Assembly (NCBI GenBank): GCA_016213935.1 | Contig: JACQZG010000009.1 | Coordinates: 647 to 64,646 of the forward strand | Direction: 5' to 3' | Source: Nitrospirota bacterium | GTDB lineage: Bacteria > Nitrospirota > Thermodesulfovibrionia > UBA6902 | DNA length: 64,000 bases | Shown here: in pieces, positions 1 to 9,643 of the stretch | Layout of the letters: the number at the start of each line of letters is the position of its first letter | Position numbering within the stretch: position 1 is the first letter of the stretch | The notes under the pieces: model-generated | The model's database searches: none | Seen by the model: only the letters and a program-made list of their open reading frames with translations | What the model was told of the DNA's origin: nothing | Made by a program: the position numbers and the translations under genes

Positions 1-2
1 TC

Positions 3-1427
3 GGCGACTTCGGCCCTTTCTCAAGGATAGGCAAGAGCATCGGCTATCAGGTAACGGTAGGCAGTTCCACTTTTCTCATTGACTGCGGCGCGCCTCTTTT
101 CCAGCAGATAGGCGGCCACGGCCTCAAGAAGGTGAAGGGGCTCTTTGTCACGCACGCGCACGACGACCATAAACGGTGGTTCTCGGATCTCGCGCTCTTC
201 AATATGTACGCCCCGGATATCAACAGCAAGGTCTTCTTTATCACCTCTGAGGATGTTCATGAAGAGATTATCAATGCCTCTGTGGCGGCTCTCGACAGGA
301 GCCTTTCAGCCGATTCAAAAAAGATAGTTGATATTGCCTATGAAGAGTATGTTGATTTCAGGATAATGGGCCCGAGGGCGAAGTTCAGGATAGCCGCTCT
401 TGATGACGGCCCCGGCAGGAAGAAGCTCTCAATTGTTGACAGAAAGGGGAAGGTTGCCGGGCCGGAGACGGCAAAGATAGTCATAAACCCTCGTTCGAAA
501 AGGCCGAGGATGCTATTTAAAGACCCTTTTTCGGGTGAGTGGGTGGAGCCTGAAAGTTTTTACCCTTTTACGTCAAATGTTTTTTATGAAGAAGATAAAA
601 ACATATTCAGCAGCCCCGAAGGGTTTACCATTGAAGCAATAAAGGCGCCTGTCTGGCACGGCGTGTCGGCCATAGGGATAAAGATATCCACAGGCAGAGA
701 CAGATTAATATTCAGTTCGGACACTGTCAATAATATCGAGCTTTGGAAAGAACTTTACACGGAGAAGAGAGAGCAGAAACCCGGGATGCCCAAAGCCGAT
801 TTTGAGTCCGCTTCTATAATAGAGGGCGACATAAACGACTACATTGAGCGGATATGGAGCAGGGAAAGGTTTGACGAGGCGCTCAATGCCTTCAGGGATG
901 CGGTGGTAGTGCATGACATAACGATCGGGGCGGGCGCCGTGCATACTGAATATCACAAGCTTGACAAGACCAACCTCGATAAGGAGAAGGTCATACTCAC
1001 TCACAGCCCTGACAGGATAACCTCCGAGTGGGTCATGAGCAGGGCAGACAAGAGCTTCATAATAAAAGGCACCTCTTTTTACGAGATCGTTAACGGCAGT
1101 CTGAAGAAGATGAATGCCGATATCTATCATAAGGAAGGCGGCAAGTATTATGTCGGCTATAAAAACAGCGGCGGAAAATATACTGTCTATGACAATGGCG
1201 GCATCCTGAGAGTATCGTCAAAGGCCGAGAAAAATTTTGGAGAGCCCCTTTACAAGGTTGACATGTATGAAGATATTTCAGGGAAATATTTTCCGATGCT
1301 TGACTCTGATAATGAAAGATATTGGGAAGGGCCGGACGGAGGCGTGCAGCTTATAAAGTTCAATAGTGAAGGAAGTTCCGGTGTCCCTGTCAGCGACCGC
1401 AGAGACAGGTTATCGGAAAAAGGTTAG
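3..1427 (+). CDS. MBL-fold metallo-hydrolase, 5'-partial (ORF continues to the window edge in this frame)
   Basis: Frame 3 is open from position 3 (GDFGPFSRIGKSIGYQVTVGSSTFLIDCGAPLF...). It has the HAHDDH (HxHxDH) metallo-beta-lactamase zinc motif. The first ATG at 132 is internal to the fold. Confidence 0.7.
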   Translation, partial: GDFGPFSRIGKSIGYQVTVGSSTFLIDCGAPLFQQIGGHGLKKVKGLFVTHAHDDHKRWFSDLALFNMYAPDINSKVFFITSEDVHEEIINASVAALDRSLSADSKKIVDIAYEEYVDFRIMGPRAKFRIAALDDGPGRKKLSIVDRKGKVAGPETAKIVINPRSKRPRMLFKDPFSGEWVEPESFYPFTSNVFYEEDKNIFSSPEGFTIEAIKAPVWHGVSAIGIKISTGRDRLIFSSDTVNNIELWKELYTEKREQKPGMPKADFESASIIEGDINDYIERIWSRERFDEALNAFRDAVVVHDITIGAGAVHTEYHKLDKTNLDKEKVILTHSPDRITSEWVMSRADKSFIIKGTSFYEIVNGSLKKMNADIYHKEGGKYYVGYKNSGGKYTVYDNGGILRVSSKAEKNFGEPLYKVDMYEDISGKYFPMLDSDNERYWEGPDGGVQLIKFNSEGSSGVPVSDRRDRLSEKG

Positions 1428-1434
1428 CGCGTTT

Positions 1435-3447
1435 TTGATCTCAAAACCTCTCAAATTTTCAAGTCTCAGCAAAGGCTTCATCAGGCCGACGTTAATCGTT
1501 CCTCTCTTTATAACACTCCTCTTTCTTCTTCTTACAAAGATCAACCCCTCGATAATAGACGAGCAGCTTGAGACGCTTTTTGTCGATTACCGCTTCAAGG
1601 CCGGCGATCTTATCCGCCGCCAGACCCCTCCGCCGGATATCGTGATAGTGACGATTGACGAGAAGAGCCTCTCACAGTACGGAAGGTGGCCCTGGCCGAG
1701 GCACCTGCAGGCCGGGCTCATAGATAAAATATTCGAAGGCGATCCGCGCGCCGTATCAGTGGATATATTTTATCCCGAGTCCGAGTCTCCTGAAGCGGAT
1801 ATCGCGTTGTCAGAGACCATTGAAAGGCAGAGGGGCAAATTAGTGATGGCTCTCGGGTTTGAGGGTGAGAAAGGAAAGGGTTTTACGGAAGATATCCCTG
1901 ACGTTCTTTATGAAGACGCTTTAATGAATCTCAAGAATGTGCAGTATCTGAAGGCTCTCGAAACATACAGGGTCCTCCTCCCGCCCGAGCCCATAGCTTC
2001 TTCGTCGGATTTCGGCCATGTTTACGCGCTCCCAGACATGGACGGGAAGCTGAGATGGGAGAATCTCTATATCAAATTCGGCGATGAATATTTTCCTTCG
2101 CTTGCTCTCAAGACAGCTCTGTCCGCGCTTAATATTCCTATGCAGGATGTGAAGGTGATCGGCGGCATAGGCATCGAGGCCGGCAATATCTTCATACCCA
2201 CAGACCTGTACGGGCGTTTGCATATCAAGTATTACGGCAGAGAGGGGACGGTCGCTCATAAGTCAGCGGCTGACGTGCTTTCAGGCAGAATCCCTGCTGG
2301 CCACTTTAAAAACAAGATCGTTATTATCGGGACTACCGCGATTGCCACATATGACACGAAGGTGACGCCGTTCTCGGCGAATTTTCCCGGAGTGGAAAAG
2401 AACGCCACAATAGTCGCCAATATTATAAAAGGCGACTTTATGACGCGCTCTCCCGTATATGCCGATATGCTTCTTGTTATACTTGCCGGGCTTTCCGCCC
2501 TTTTCATAGCACAGAGAAACATGAACTCTCTGTCGCTTCTCGCAAGCTTCCTTGCAGTCTTCATTGTATTTGTCACGGCAAATCAGGCGCTTTTCACATA
2601 TCATAATCTCAGGTTTAATTTTATATATCCTCTGATGACCCTTTTCAGCGTCGGGACCTTCGCGGTTAATTACAAATATTTTGTCGAGGAGAAGAAGGCG
2701 AGAGAGATAAAGAGGATGTTCTCAAGCTATGTCACCGAAAGGGTGGTGAATGAACTCATTAAGAGGCCGGAGATGGCAAAGCTCGGGGGCGACAGGAGAG
2801 ACGTCACGATATTCTTCTCTGACATAAGGTCGTTTACCACGTTCTCGGAAAAGCATGAGCCAGAAGAGGTCGTTGCCATGCTGAACGAATACCTCGGAGC
2901 CATGACCGAGATTGTCTTTAAATGGGAAGGGACCCTCGACAAGTTCATAGGAGACGCGATAGTCGCGTTCTGGGGCGCGCCTCTCCCTCAGGAGAATCAC
3001 ACCGAGCTTGCCCTCCAGTGCTCGCTTGACATGTCAAGAAAACTTGTCGAGCTTCAGGAGAAGTGGAGATCCGAGGGCAAGGCCCCGCTTGATATCGGGA
3101 TAGGGATTAACGCCGGAGAGGCCATTGTAGGCAACATTGGAGCGGAAGGCAAGAAGATGGACTATACGGTAATCGGCGACAATGTCAACCTTGCCTCGAG
3201 GGTAGAGTCTCTTACAAAAAGGTATAATGCCCGCATCCTGATGACGGAATTAGCAGTTGAGCGGATTCGTGAAAGCCTAACCGGCGGAAGGATAAAAGGC
3301 GTTTCAGCCGAAGGCCTTGAACGCGTTATCGTGAAAGGGAAGGATACCCCTGTCGGGCTTTATAGAATAACATCACTGGAGGAGGGGATGCCCTCTGTTA
3401 TTTCCGAACCCCGGCCCGGCGAGGTTCTTAAACTTGATGAAAAATGA
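1435..3447 (+). CDS. CHASE2 sensor domain-containing class III adenylate/guanylate cyclase
   Basis: N-terminal TM helix, then a periplasmic region with the GRWPWPR CHASE2-type motif. Multiple TM helices follow. C-terminal cyclase homology domain (RDVTIFFSDIRSFTTFSE ... KFIGDAIVAFWGAP ... IGINAGEAIVGNIG). The track start at 1366 overlaps the upstream gene by 62 nt; a TTG at 1435 is chosen and the start is uncertain. Confidence 0.8.
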   Translation: MISKPLKFSSLSKGFIRPTLIVPLFITLLFLLLTKINPSIIDEQLETLFVDYRFKAGDLIRRQTPPPDIVIVTIDEKSLSQYGRWPWPRHLQAGLIDKIFEGDPRAVSVDIFYPESESPEADIALSETIERQRGKLVMALGFEGEKGKGFTEDIPDVLYEDALMNLKNVQYLKALETYRVLLPPEPIASSSDFGHVYALPDMDGKLRWENLYIKFGDEYFPSLALKTALSALNIPMQDVKVIGGIGIEAGNIFIPTDLYGRLHIKYYGREGTVAHKSAADVLSGRIPAGHFKNKIVIIGTTAIATYDTKVTPFSANFPGVEKNATIVANIIKGDFMTRSPVYADMLLVILAGLSALFIAQRNMNSLSLLASFLAVFIVFVTANQALFTYHNLRFNFIYPLMTLFSVGTFAVNYKYFVEEKKAREIKRMFSSYVTERVVNELIKRPEMAKLGGDRRDVTIFFSDIRSFTTFSEKHEPEEVVAMLNEYLGAMTEIVFKWEGTLDKFIGDAIVAFWGAPLPQENHTELALQCSLDMSRKLVELQEKWRSEGKAPLDIGIGINAGEAIVGNIGAEGKKMDYTVIGDNVNLASRVESLTKRYNARILMTELAVERIRESLTGGRIKGVSAEGLERVIVKGKDTPVGLYRITSLEEGMPSVISEPRPGEVLKLDEK

Positions 3448-3484
3448 TCGATGGCAAAACGTAAGAACGTATCGGAGTGAAAAT

Positions 3485-4252
3485 TTATATTCTTATTAAT
3501 TTATTGTCTGACAGGATCTCGGTTTTGACGCCTGTATTTTTTTTAAGCTCTCTTATAATTTCAGATCGGTAACTCGGCGATATGTGCGTAACGAGTATTC
3601 TGTCCGGGACTTTCTTCATCTTTTTCAGTTCTTCCGAGAGGAGTGAAGGGGTCAGATGGCCTGATAAAAGAGCAAGCTGTTTCATCGAGTCGGGGAATGC
3701 CACTTCTATTATCAGCGCCCTGACATCATGATAACTCATCATGTTCCACAATTTGTTGGTAGGCCCTGTATCTCCGGTGTATACGAGCGTCCTTCCGTTA
3801 GGGTCTTCGATGATAAATCCGTATGATGGAACGGGATGATTGACCTTTGCGGTACAGACCTGGTATCCGCTTATCTTCATGCAGCTTCCGGCGGCAATAT
3901 TCATGAATTTCATCACAGGTTTTTTTCTGTCAGGGATAGCCGTGAAGTCAGGCCATATGCGGTTATTGAAAATATTTCTCTTTATGTCATTGATGACATC
4001 TCTTCCGCTTATCACTGTCAGCGGTTTGCCGTAATGGCCGTTTACGAGATTCTCGGCAAGAAAAGGGATGCTGTTGATATGGTCGAGATGGGCGTGAGTT
4101 ATGAGTATATGGGTGATCTTTCTCTGGGCTATCTTGTTGAGGACGCACGTTGATGTGCCGGCGTCAAGGAGCAGAAAGTCGTCTATCAGAAATGCCGGAA
4201 GGTTGTGCCCCGGCATGCGCGCTCCAGAAGAGCCGAGTACCCTGATTTTCAT
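3485..4252 (-). CDS. MBL-fold hydrolase resembling class-II 3',5'-cyclic-nucleotide phosphodiesterase
   Basis: ITHAHLDHINS partially matches the class-II cAMP phosphodiesterase signature HxHLDH. The N-terminus (MKIRVLGSSG) is typical of this fold. It is divergent from the crp-like gene and sits next to cyclases. Confidence 0.55.
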   Translation of the reverse strand: MKIRVLGSSGARMPGHNLPAFLIDDFLLLDAGTSTCVLNKIAQRKITHILITHAHLDHINSIPFLAENLVNGHYGKPLTVISGRDVINDIKRNIFNNRIWPDFTAIPDRKKPVMKFMNIAAGSCMKISGYQVCTAKVNHPVPSYGFIIEDPNGRTLVYTGDTGPTNKLWNMMSYHDVRALIIEVAFPDSMKQLALLSGHLTPSLLSEELKKMKKVPDRILVTHISPSYRSEIIRELKKNTGVKTEILSDNKLIRI

Positions 4253-4373
4253 TAGTGTTAACTATATCTTAAATAAACAGGATTTTCAAGTTTAAAAAGT
4301 TTTTTTCGACGAAGTGAAAACATGTGCTTAACCGTCTAAAAAGTAGTATAATTCAAGCAAATGGCGTTTTAAT

Positions 4374-5069
4374 ATGTTGCCGGAAGGCGTGATGATAATC
4401 GAAACCCTTAAAAAGAACAAGGTCTTCAGCGCTCTCACAGAGAGGGAGCTAAAAGATGTAGCTTCTTATTTCGAAGCAGCCGCTTTTAATAAAGGAAAGA
4501 CCATCTTTATTGAGGATGACCCTTCCGACTGGTTTTATATTGTGGCCGAGGGCAGGGTGAAGGTCGTAAAACATTCCATAAAGGGCAAAGACGTTATACT
4601 TGAGATAATATCCCCTGGCGAGGTATTTGGCGGGGTAGCCGTCCTCGACAGGAGGCCTTTCCCTGCTTCGGCAGAGGCGATGGAGACGGTGAAGGTTATC
4701 AGGATAAGCCGTAAAAACCTCTTTGCCGTCATGGAGTCTTACCCCGGCCTGAGCCTTTCGCTTGTAACATATTTCAGCAACAGGCTCAGAAATGCCCATG
4801 ACACGCTCAGAGACATCGCTACAGAGCGGGTTGAGATAAGGATTGCCTCTCTGCTTCTGAAGCTCTCTGAAAAGGCGGCTGTTGAGAAAGACGGCTTCAG
4901 AAAGATAGATATTCCCATGACGAGGCAGGAGATAGCTGAGATGGTTGGGACCACGGTAGAGACCGCGATACGAACGATGAGCAAGTTTCAGAAGGAAGGA
5001 ATGATAAGGACTTCGGGAGGAAGGATATTTGTCGCTAATGCGCCCCTGAGGGTATTTCTTCAATCTTAA
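4374..5069 (+). CDS. Crp/Fnr family transcriptional regulator (cNMP-binding domain plus C-terminal HTH)
   Basis: Beta-roll cNMP-binding region (GKTIFIEDDPSDWFYIVAEGRVKV...). C-terminal HTH reads MTRQEIAEMVGTTVETAIRTMSKFQKEGMI. Confidence 0.85.
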   Translation: MLPEGVMIIETLKKNKVFSALTERELKDVASYFEAAAFNKGKTIFIEDDPSDWFYIVAEGRVKVVKHSIKGKDVILEIISPGEVFGGVAVLDRRPFPASAEAMETVKVIRISRKNLFAVMESYPGLSLSLVTYFSNRLRNAHDTLRDIATERVEIRIASLLLKLSEKAAVEKDGFRKIDIPMTRQEIAEMVGTTVETAIRTMSKFQKEGMIRTSGGRIFVANAPLRVFLQS

Positions 5070-5140
5070 CGCATCCGTTTTTGTGCCAACCGGCGGAGTT
5101 GTTCAGACTTGATTTTATGGATATTCTTTAATTAATATCT

Positions 5141-6151
5141 ATGACCGTAAATCGGCAGGAGGCTGTATTGGATAATGATAGCGTGGAGAATGCTGAATAT
5201 CATAATGGCAAAGCCGTTCTCAATCTTTGGCTCGGCATAGCTTCCCTCATTGCGGTTCCTTTTTTTCTCCTTCTTGCGTGCCTCAGGTTTCTGGAGAGCA
5301 TCCTCCCTTTAAATATTTTTGTTTCACTCATAAAACTTCGCGAAACACTCTCCTCCCTTTCACCTTCGGGAATCAGTTTTGATTTGATTTTGTGGGCCTC
5401 CGTAATATTGCTGGTAGCATTGTTTCTGTTTTTTAACAGCAAGATGAGGCATCACAGCAACATGGCTCTCAGGTCAAGCGTCAGCAGGGATTTTGAAGAG
5501 CTTAAGGAAAAGACGCATCTCTCCGAGACATCAAAAGTACTCTCGCCGCTTAAGGAAAGGCTCGATGAATCGGCAGGCAAGGGGGGCAAGGTTCACAGGG
5601 ATGAACTTCTTAAAATATTTGCCGAGACAAAGAAGAAACTTGACACCATGGGCAGGGACCTCGCTTTTCTCTCGATAGACATAATGGATTCGACAGGCAT
5701 GAAGCAGGGCGAGGAGAAGGCGGCCATAGAGCATGATTTCAAGGAATATAAGCAGATGGTTGAGGAGATAATAAAGCGCAACGATGTGATGAAGTCCGCC
5801 TGGACTCCTGACGGCGTGATGATATGTTTTGACGACACGGATAAGGCCGTAAATGCCGCAAAGGAAGTTTTAAGGTCTCTTGATAATTTCAACAGGAACG
5901 TAAAGATGATAAAGAGGGATTTCAGGGTGCGCTGCGGCATCAATTCAGGCTTTGTGTACTGTGATGACTCCACGCCGATGGAGGAGATGAGCGACAGGGT
6001 CATAGATATCGCCGGCCACATGCAGAAATATGCAGAGGGAAACAGCGTTTACATGAGCAAAACGGTTCTCTGGCTGCTGCAGGACCGTTCGGGCTTTGAG
6101 CCTGCGGGGAAAGAGGTGGACGGGCTTGAGGCCTTTGCCTGGAAGGGGTGA
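5141..6151 (+). CDS. Membrane-anchored cyclase-homology-domain protein (second adenylate/guanylate cyclase-like)
   Basis: Two or three N-terminal TM helices. The C-terminal region carries class III cyclase-like motifs (FLSIDIMDSTGM ... RVRCGINSGFVYC). The motifs are degenerate, so activity is uncertain. Confidence 0.55.
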   Translation: MTVNRQEAVLDNDSVENAEYHNGKAVLNLWLGIASLIAVPFFLLLACLRFLESILPLNIFVSLIKLRETLSSLSPSGISFDLILWASVILLVALFLFFNSKMRHHSNMALRSSVSRDFEELKEKTHLSETSKVLSPLKERLDESAGKGGKVHRDELLKIFAETKKKLDTMGRDLAFLSIDIMDSTGMKQGEEKAAIEHDFKEYKQMVEEIIKRNDVMKSAWTPDGVMICFDDTDKAVNAAKEVLRSLDNFNRNVKMIKRDFRVRCGINSGFVYCDDSTPMEEMSDRVIDIAGHMQKYAEGNSVYMSKTVLWLLQDRSGFEPAGKEVDGLEAFAWKG

Positions 6152-6157
6152 GGCTCT

Positions 6158-6661
6158 TCAGAGCCTTTTAAGCGCCTGAAGCCTGCGCTTCTCTTTTTTT
6201 GAGAGTTTTCTATGATTTCCCTTTATCGATTCTGATTGAAAATCTTCTCCATCATCCGCGCCTTCATGGAAATTAATATCATCTTCAGGCGTTAATGCTT
6301 TGTTAAGCTTCCTCTCAAAGTCGCCGGAAGTGACGGCAATTATATTGTTTCTCAGCGCATGGTCATATATCTTTCTGTCTGAGCTTATGACAATCAGGCC
6401 ATCTTTTTTCCCTGCCATCATTTTTATCATGAGGTCGTCTGCCGTCTCCGCGTATCTTGAATAGATGACGGCGACACCGCCGGCTTTTTTTATCGTCTCA
6501 GAGGCTTCCTCTCTCTTCCATGCGTCAAAGACGATTGTTATTGAATGCCCTGTTGCCTTTGAATATCGTGAGAGCTTATCGATGATATCCTTACGAGCGC
6601 CTTCAAGGTCATTATGTCCGGTTCCGATAAGGTTATAGCCGTCAATCAGTAAATGTGCCAT
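6158..6661 (-). CDS. NYN-domain (YacP-like) predicted ribonuclease
   Basis: N-terminal MAHLLIDGYNLIGT ... SITIVFDAW pattern typical of YacP/NYN PIN-like nucleases. Confidence 0.7.
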   Translation of the reverse strand: MAHLLIDGYNLIGTGHNDLEGARKDIIDKLSRYSKATGHSITIVFDAWKREEASETIKKAGGVAVIYSRYAETADDLMIKMMAGKKDGLIVISSDRKIYDHALRNNIIAVTSGDFERKLNKALTPEDDINFHEGADDGEDFQSESIKGNHRKLSKKEKRRLQALKRL

Positions 6662-6842
6662 TAATGCATTATATCAGAAGATTACCTGTAACTTCTTGAA
6701 AGTATGTGGTTTAATAAAATAAATTCGTCGGTCCGAAAATATTATTAATAACTCCTTGCATCCCGGGGCATAGCAATGTTTGATTGGGCTTCGGACTATG
6801 TTATGGTATTATTATCGCTCAAATCAGATATGAGGAGATGAA

Positions 6843-7775
6843 TTGATGAAGGCTGCATTCGTATTCCCGGGGCAGGGGTCGCAGTATGTCGGGATGGGTA
6901 AAGATCTTTTTGATAATTTTTCCGAAGTGAGGGCGATATATAAAGAAGCCTCTGAAGCTTTAGGCTATGATATTGCCGGGATGAGTTTCAACGGCCCTGA
7001 TGAGGAGATCAATAAGACCTTCCGCACACAGCCTGCCGTCTTGACAGCAAGTTATTCGGCATATTTTCTTCTGAAGACGAGAGGCGTTAATCCTGTTTTC
7101 ATGGCAGGGCACAGCCTTGGCGAATATACGACACTTCCTGCGGCCGGGGTTTTATCTTTCAAGGAGGCAGTGATGCTTACCGAAAAGAGAGGCAGGTTCA
7201 TGCAGGAGGCGGTGCCTGAGGGCAAGGGGTTGATGGCGGCAATTCTCGGGCTTGAAAGGGCGCAAGTGGATGGAATATGTGATTCAGTAAAAAACGGCTA
7301 TGTCTCTTCCGCAAACTACAACTCGCCCGGGCAGATTGTCATTGCGGGCGAAAAACACGCTGTTGAAGAGGCTATGAGCCTTGCGAAGGCGGCGGGCGCA
7401 AAGCGCGCGCTTGCTCTTGCCGTGTCTGTCCCGTCGCATTGTAAGATGATGAGCCCTGCTTCCCAAAGGCTTTCAGAATTATTGAATGCTCTGGAATTTA
7501 ACACCCCCCATGTTCCGATCATAAATAATGCGGATGCTAAGATATTAATTAATCCGGCTGAAATAAAAGAGTCGCTCGTAAGGCAGCTCAATTCTCCGCT
7601 TTTGTGGGAAGATTCCGTAAAGGTGATGGCTGAAAAAGGCGTTGACACGATTATTGAGGCCGGCCCGGGGAATGTTTTATCAGGCCTAATCAGGAGGATA
7701 AACAAGGATTTGAGAACATTTAATGTTGGTGATACCAAAGGGCTTGAGGAGACGGTAAAGATTCTGGCTGGTTAG
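6843..7775 (+). CDS. fabD: Malonyl-CoA:ACP transacylase
   Basis: AFVFPGQGSQYVGMG and the active-site GHSLGEY motif. Confidence 0.9.
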   Translation: MMKAAFVFPGQGSQYVGMGKDLFDNFSEVRAIYKEASEALGYDIAGMSFNGPDEEINKTFRTQPAVLTASYSAYFLLKTRGVNPVFMAGHSLGEYTTLPAAGVLSFKEAVMLTEKRGRFMQEAVPEGKGLMAAILGLERAQVDGICDSVKNGYVSSANYNSPGQIVIAGEKHAVEEAMSLAKAAGAKRALALAVSVPSHCKMMSPASQRLSELLNALEFNTPHVPIINNADAKILINPAEIKESLVRQLNSPLLWEDSVKVMAEKGVDTIIEAGPGNVLSGLIRRINKDLRTFNVGDTKGLEETVKILAG

Positions 7776-7835
7776 CCGGCTCTTTTCATATTTATATATT
7801 TCAGTAAAACCATAATCCGGGGATAAAGCTGCACC

Positions 7836-8453
7836 ATGATACTCATCGGTTATTTTAGAGACTATATACTTTTTTTGACAAATCTCTTTTTGGATTTTTG
7901 GTATATCGGTCCTGTCGTCACCATTATTTTTATTGTTGCAGTATGCGTTGAGCGCTGGCGTGAGTATAAACATTCGGGTTCCTTTATCCGTGAGATAGAC
8001 ACAAAAGGTGCAGATATTTTCAAATCGCATCTTGAAAATATCATAAAGAAGCTCGGTTATACGATCGAGAAGGCAAGGCAGGCGGATGGAAATGAAGTTG
8101 CCTTTATCGGCTTGAGGGATGACGTAAGATTTTTTATAAGAGCCGTAAGGAACAGGGGCGCGGTGGGATGGAAGTTTATAGAGGAGTCGCTTAAGGCCAA
8201 ACGCTTTCACCGGTGCCACGGCCTTATCGTTGTAACCAATAAACACTTCACTTCAAAAGCGAGGAGGCTTGCCATGGAGAACGGCGTCATGCTATGGGAC
8301 AGGGCAGACCTTATATCCAGCCTGTTTGATGCCAGGGAAGAGATTTTTTCAGATGATGAAGCAAGGGTCATGCGTCATGAATCCGTAGATGAATTCATTG
8401 CTGAAAATCATCTCATGCCCGGCGGCAAATCAGAAGATAATCTTCCGGGTTGA
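7836..8453 (+). CDS. Membrane-anchored restriction-endonuclease-like (Mrr-cat type) domain protein
   Basis: Two N-terminal TM helices. The C-terminal region resembles the Mrr/restriction endonuclease catalytic fold (GLIVVTNKHFTSKARRLAMENGVMLWDRADL). Confidence 0.45.
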   Translation: MILIGYFRDYILFLTNLFLDFWYIGPVVTIIFIVAVCVERWREYKHSGSFIREIDTKGADIFKSHLENIIKKLGYTIEKARQADGNEVAFIGLRDDVRFFIRAVRNRGAVGWKFIEESLKAKRFHRCHGLIVVTNKHFTSKARRLAMENGVMLWDRADLISSLFDAREEIFSDDEARVMRHESVDEFIAENHLMPGGKSEDNLPG

Positions 8454-8481
8454 ATTTATTTTCATCATTCCTGGACATGAA

Positions 8482-8907
8482 ATGACGCCTGCAGATAAAG
8501 CCTTTGAAATTGCCGAAGAGATGAGGGAGACATTCAACCTCCTTTCGCCTTTCATAGAAAAACATACGTCCATTGTCTGCCCTGATTGCGATAAGGTTTG
8601 CTGTGCCGAGAGGCATGGATGTTACGACGGCGATGATATCTTTTTTTTTAAGGCTCTCGGCATAGATGTTTCACAGGAGGTGATTAATACTGGGGGAAAC
8701 GGGCCGTGCCGCTTTATCTCCGAGAAAGGATGCGTTCTTGAGAGGTGGAAGAGGCCTTTCAGGTGCACGCATTTTTTCTGCGACGCCCTCCTGAAAAGCC
8801 TTGAAAATGACAATGCCAAACTTTACCGCGCCTTTGTTGAATACTTCCGCCACCTTATCCGGTTGCGGCAGAAGCTTACAGGCGGAACCGATATTAATCA
8901 TGTTTAA
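8482..8907 (+). CDS. Cys-cluster protein, YkgJ-like zinc/iron-chelating domain
   Basis: CPDCDKVCC (CxxCxxxCC) followed by GPCRFISEKGCVLE ... FRCTHFFC. The start is uncertain; an in-frame upstream extension to 8389 is possible. Confidence 0.4.
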   Translation: MTPADKAFEIAEEMRETFNLLSPFIEKHTSIVCPDCDKVCCAERHGCYDGDDIFFFKALGIDVSQEVINTGGNGPCRFISEKGCVLERWKRPFRCTHFFCDALLKSLENDNAKLYRAFVEYFRHLIRLRQKLTGGTDINHV

Positions 8908-9124
8908 AGAAATGAAGCTTAAGGCAGAGGGCATTATCTGCATGTCTTGCGCAGAAGATATGGAAACGCTCTTAAGAGAGAAAGAAGGCATACTCGATGC
9001 CCACGTGAATTATGCGGAAGAGTTAATCTCTGTAAAATATGACCCGTCCATTATGAGCAGTAAAGAGGTTTATGCCGCGGTGAGAAGGCTCGGTTTCCAT
9101 GTTAAGATCCTTTCTGATAACTGA
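8900..9124 (+). CDS. Heavy-metal-associated (HMA) domain protein, CopZ-like
   Basis: MFKEMKLKAEGIICMSCAE: an MxCxxC metal-binding motif in a ~70 aa ferredoxin-like fold. It overlaps the upstream stop. Confidence 0.55.
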   Translation: MFKEMKLKAEGIICMSCAEDMETLLREKEGILDAHVNYAEELISVKYDPSIMSSKEVYAAVRRLGFHVKILSDN

Positions 9125-9144
9125 GAGCCATTATTTCCCGGCTT

Positions 9145-9612
9145 TCACTTCCCGTCGCCGCCGTACATGCCTGCCTTAAGGCTTGCTTCAGCAAGGAGGA
9201 TGCTGACCGTATTCGCGAGGTTGTAGCTTCTGACGTTCCCGAGTATCGGAACGCTGACGGTTCTCTCAGCCCATTGTCTCAGCCATTCCGCGGGAAGCCC
9301 TTTGGTCTCGTTGCCGAATATCATTATATCCTCATCCTTATAACATGGTTTGTCATATCTCAGGATGCCCTTTTTTGTTACGAGCCAGGGCTCGCGTTTT
9401 CCAAGCCATAAAAGAAATTTCCCGGCATCATTGTGGATTGTCATTTTCAGATCGTCCCAGTAGTCCAGCCCTGCGCGCTTTGCCTTGCCTCTGCTCAGTT
9501 CGAAAGTGATGGGTTTTATTATATGCAGGCGCGCGTTCATTCCCACGCACTGCCTGGCTATGGCGCCTGTATTCGGGGGTATCTCGGGTTGGTAAAGAGC
9601 TATATGGAGCAT
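9145..9612 (-). CDS. trmL: tRNA (cytidine/uridine-2'-O-)-methyltransferase TrmL (SpoU family)
   Basis: MLHIALYQPEIPPNTGAIARQC ... LHIIKP, ~155 aa SPOUT fold. Confidence 0.85.
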   Translation of the reverse strand: MLHIALYQPEIPPNTGAIARQCVGMNARLHIIKPITFELSRGKAKRAGLDYWDDLKMTIHNDAGKFLLWLGKREPWLVTKKGILRYDKPCYKDEDIMIFGNETKGLPAEWLRQWAERTVSVPILGNVRSYNLANTVSILLAEASLKAGMYGGDGK

Positions 9613-9643
9613 CTTATCCTTATTGTTATTATATTGGAATCAT

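Noticed and set aside
705-1130. Antisense ORFs nested inside confident genes (for example 705-1130, 4449-5063, 5593-6021, 18831-19271, 20247-20852, 21498-22061, 48495-48977)
   Set aside because: They are opposite well-supported genes with clear family motifs. They have no motifs of their own and their composition is typical of shadow ORFs.
1366-1434. ATG at 1366 as the start of the CHASE2 cyclase (62-nt overlap with the upstream gene)
   Set aside because: A long overlap is unlikely. TM1 begins ~25 codons later, so a downstream TTG/near start is more plausible. The exact start remains uncertain.
4253-4373. CRP-binding site in the divergent phosphodiesterase/crp intergenic region (AGTGAAAACATGTGCT)
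   Set aside because: Only one half-site resembles TGTGA. The second half is not TCACA, so it is not claimed as a site.
7836-8453. Possible restriction-modification or other defence system around the Mrr-like gene
   Set aside because: There is no methyltransferase, specificity subunit, helicase or other defence partner nearby. The protein is membrane-anchored and the nuclease motifs are weak.
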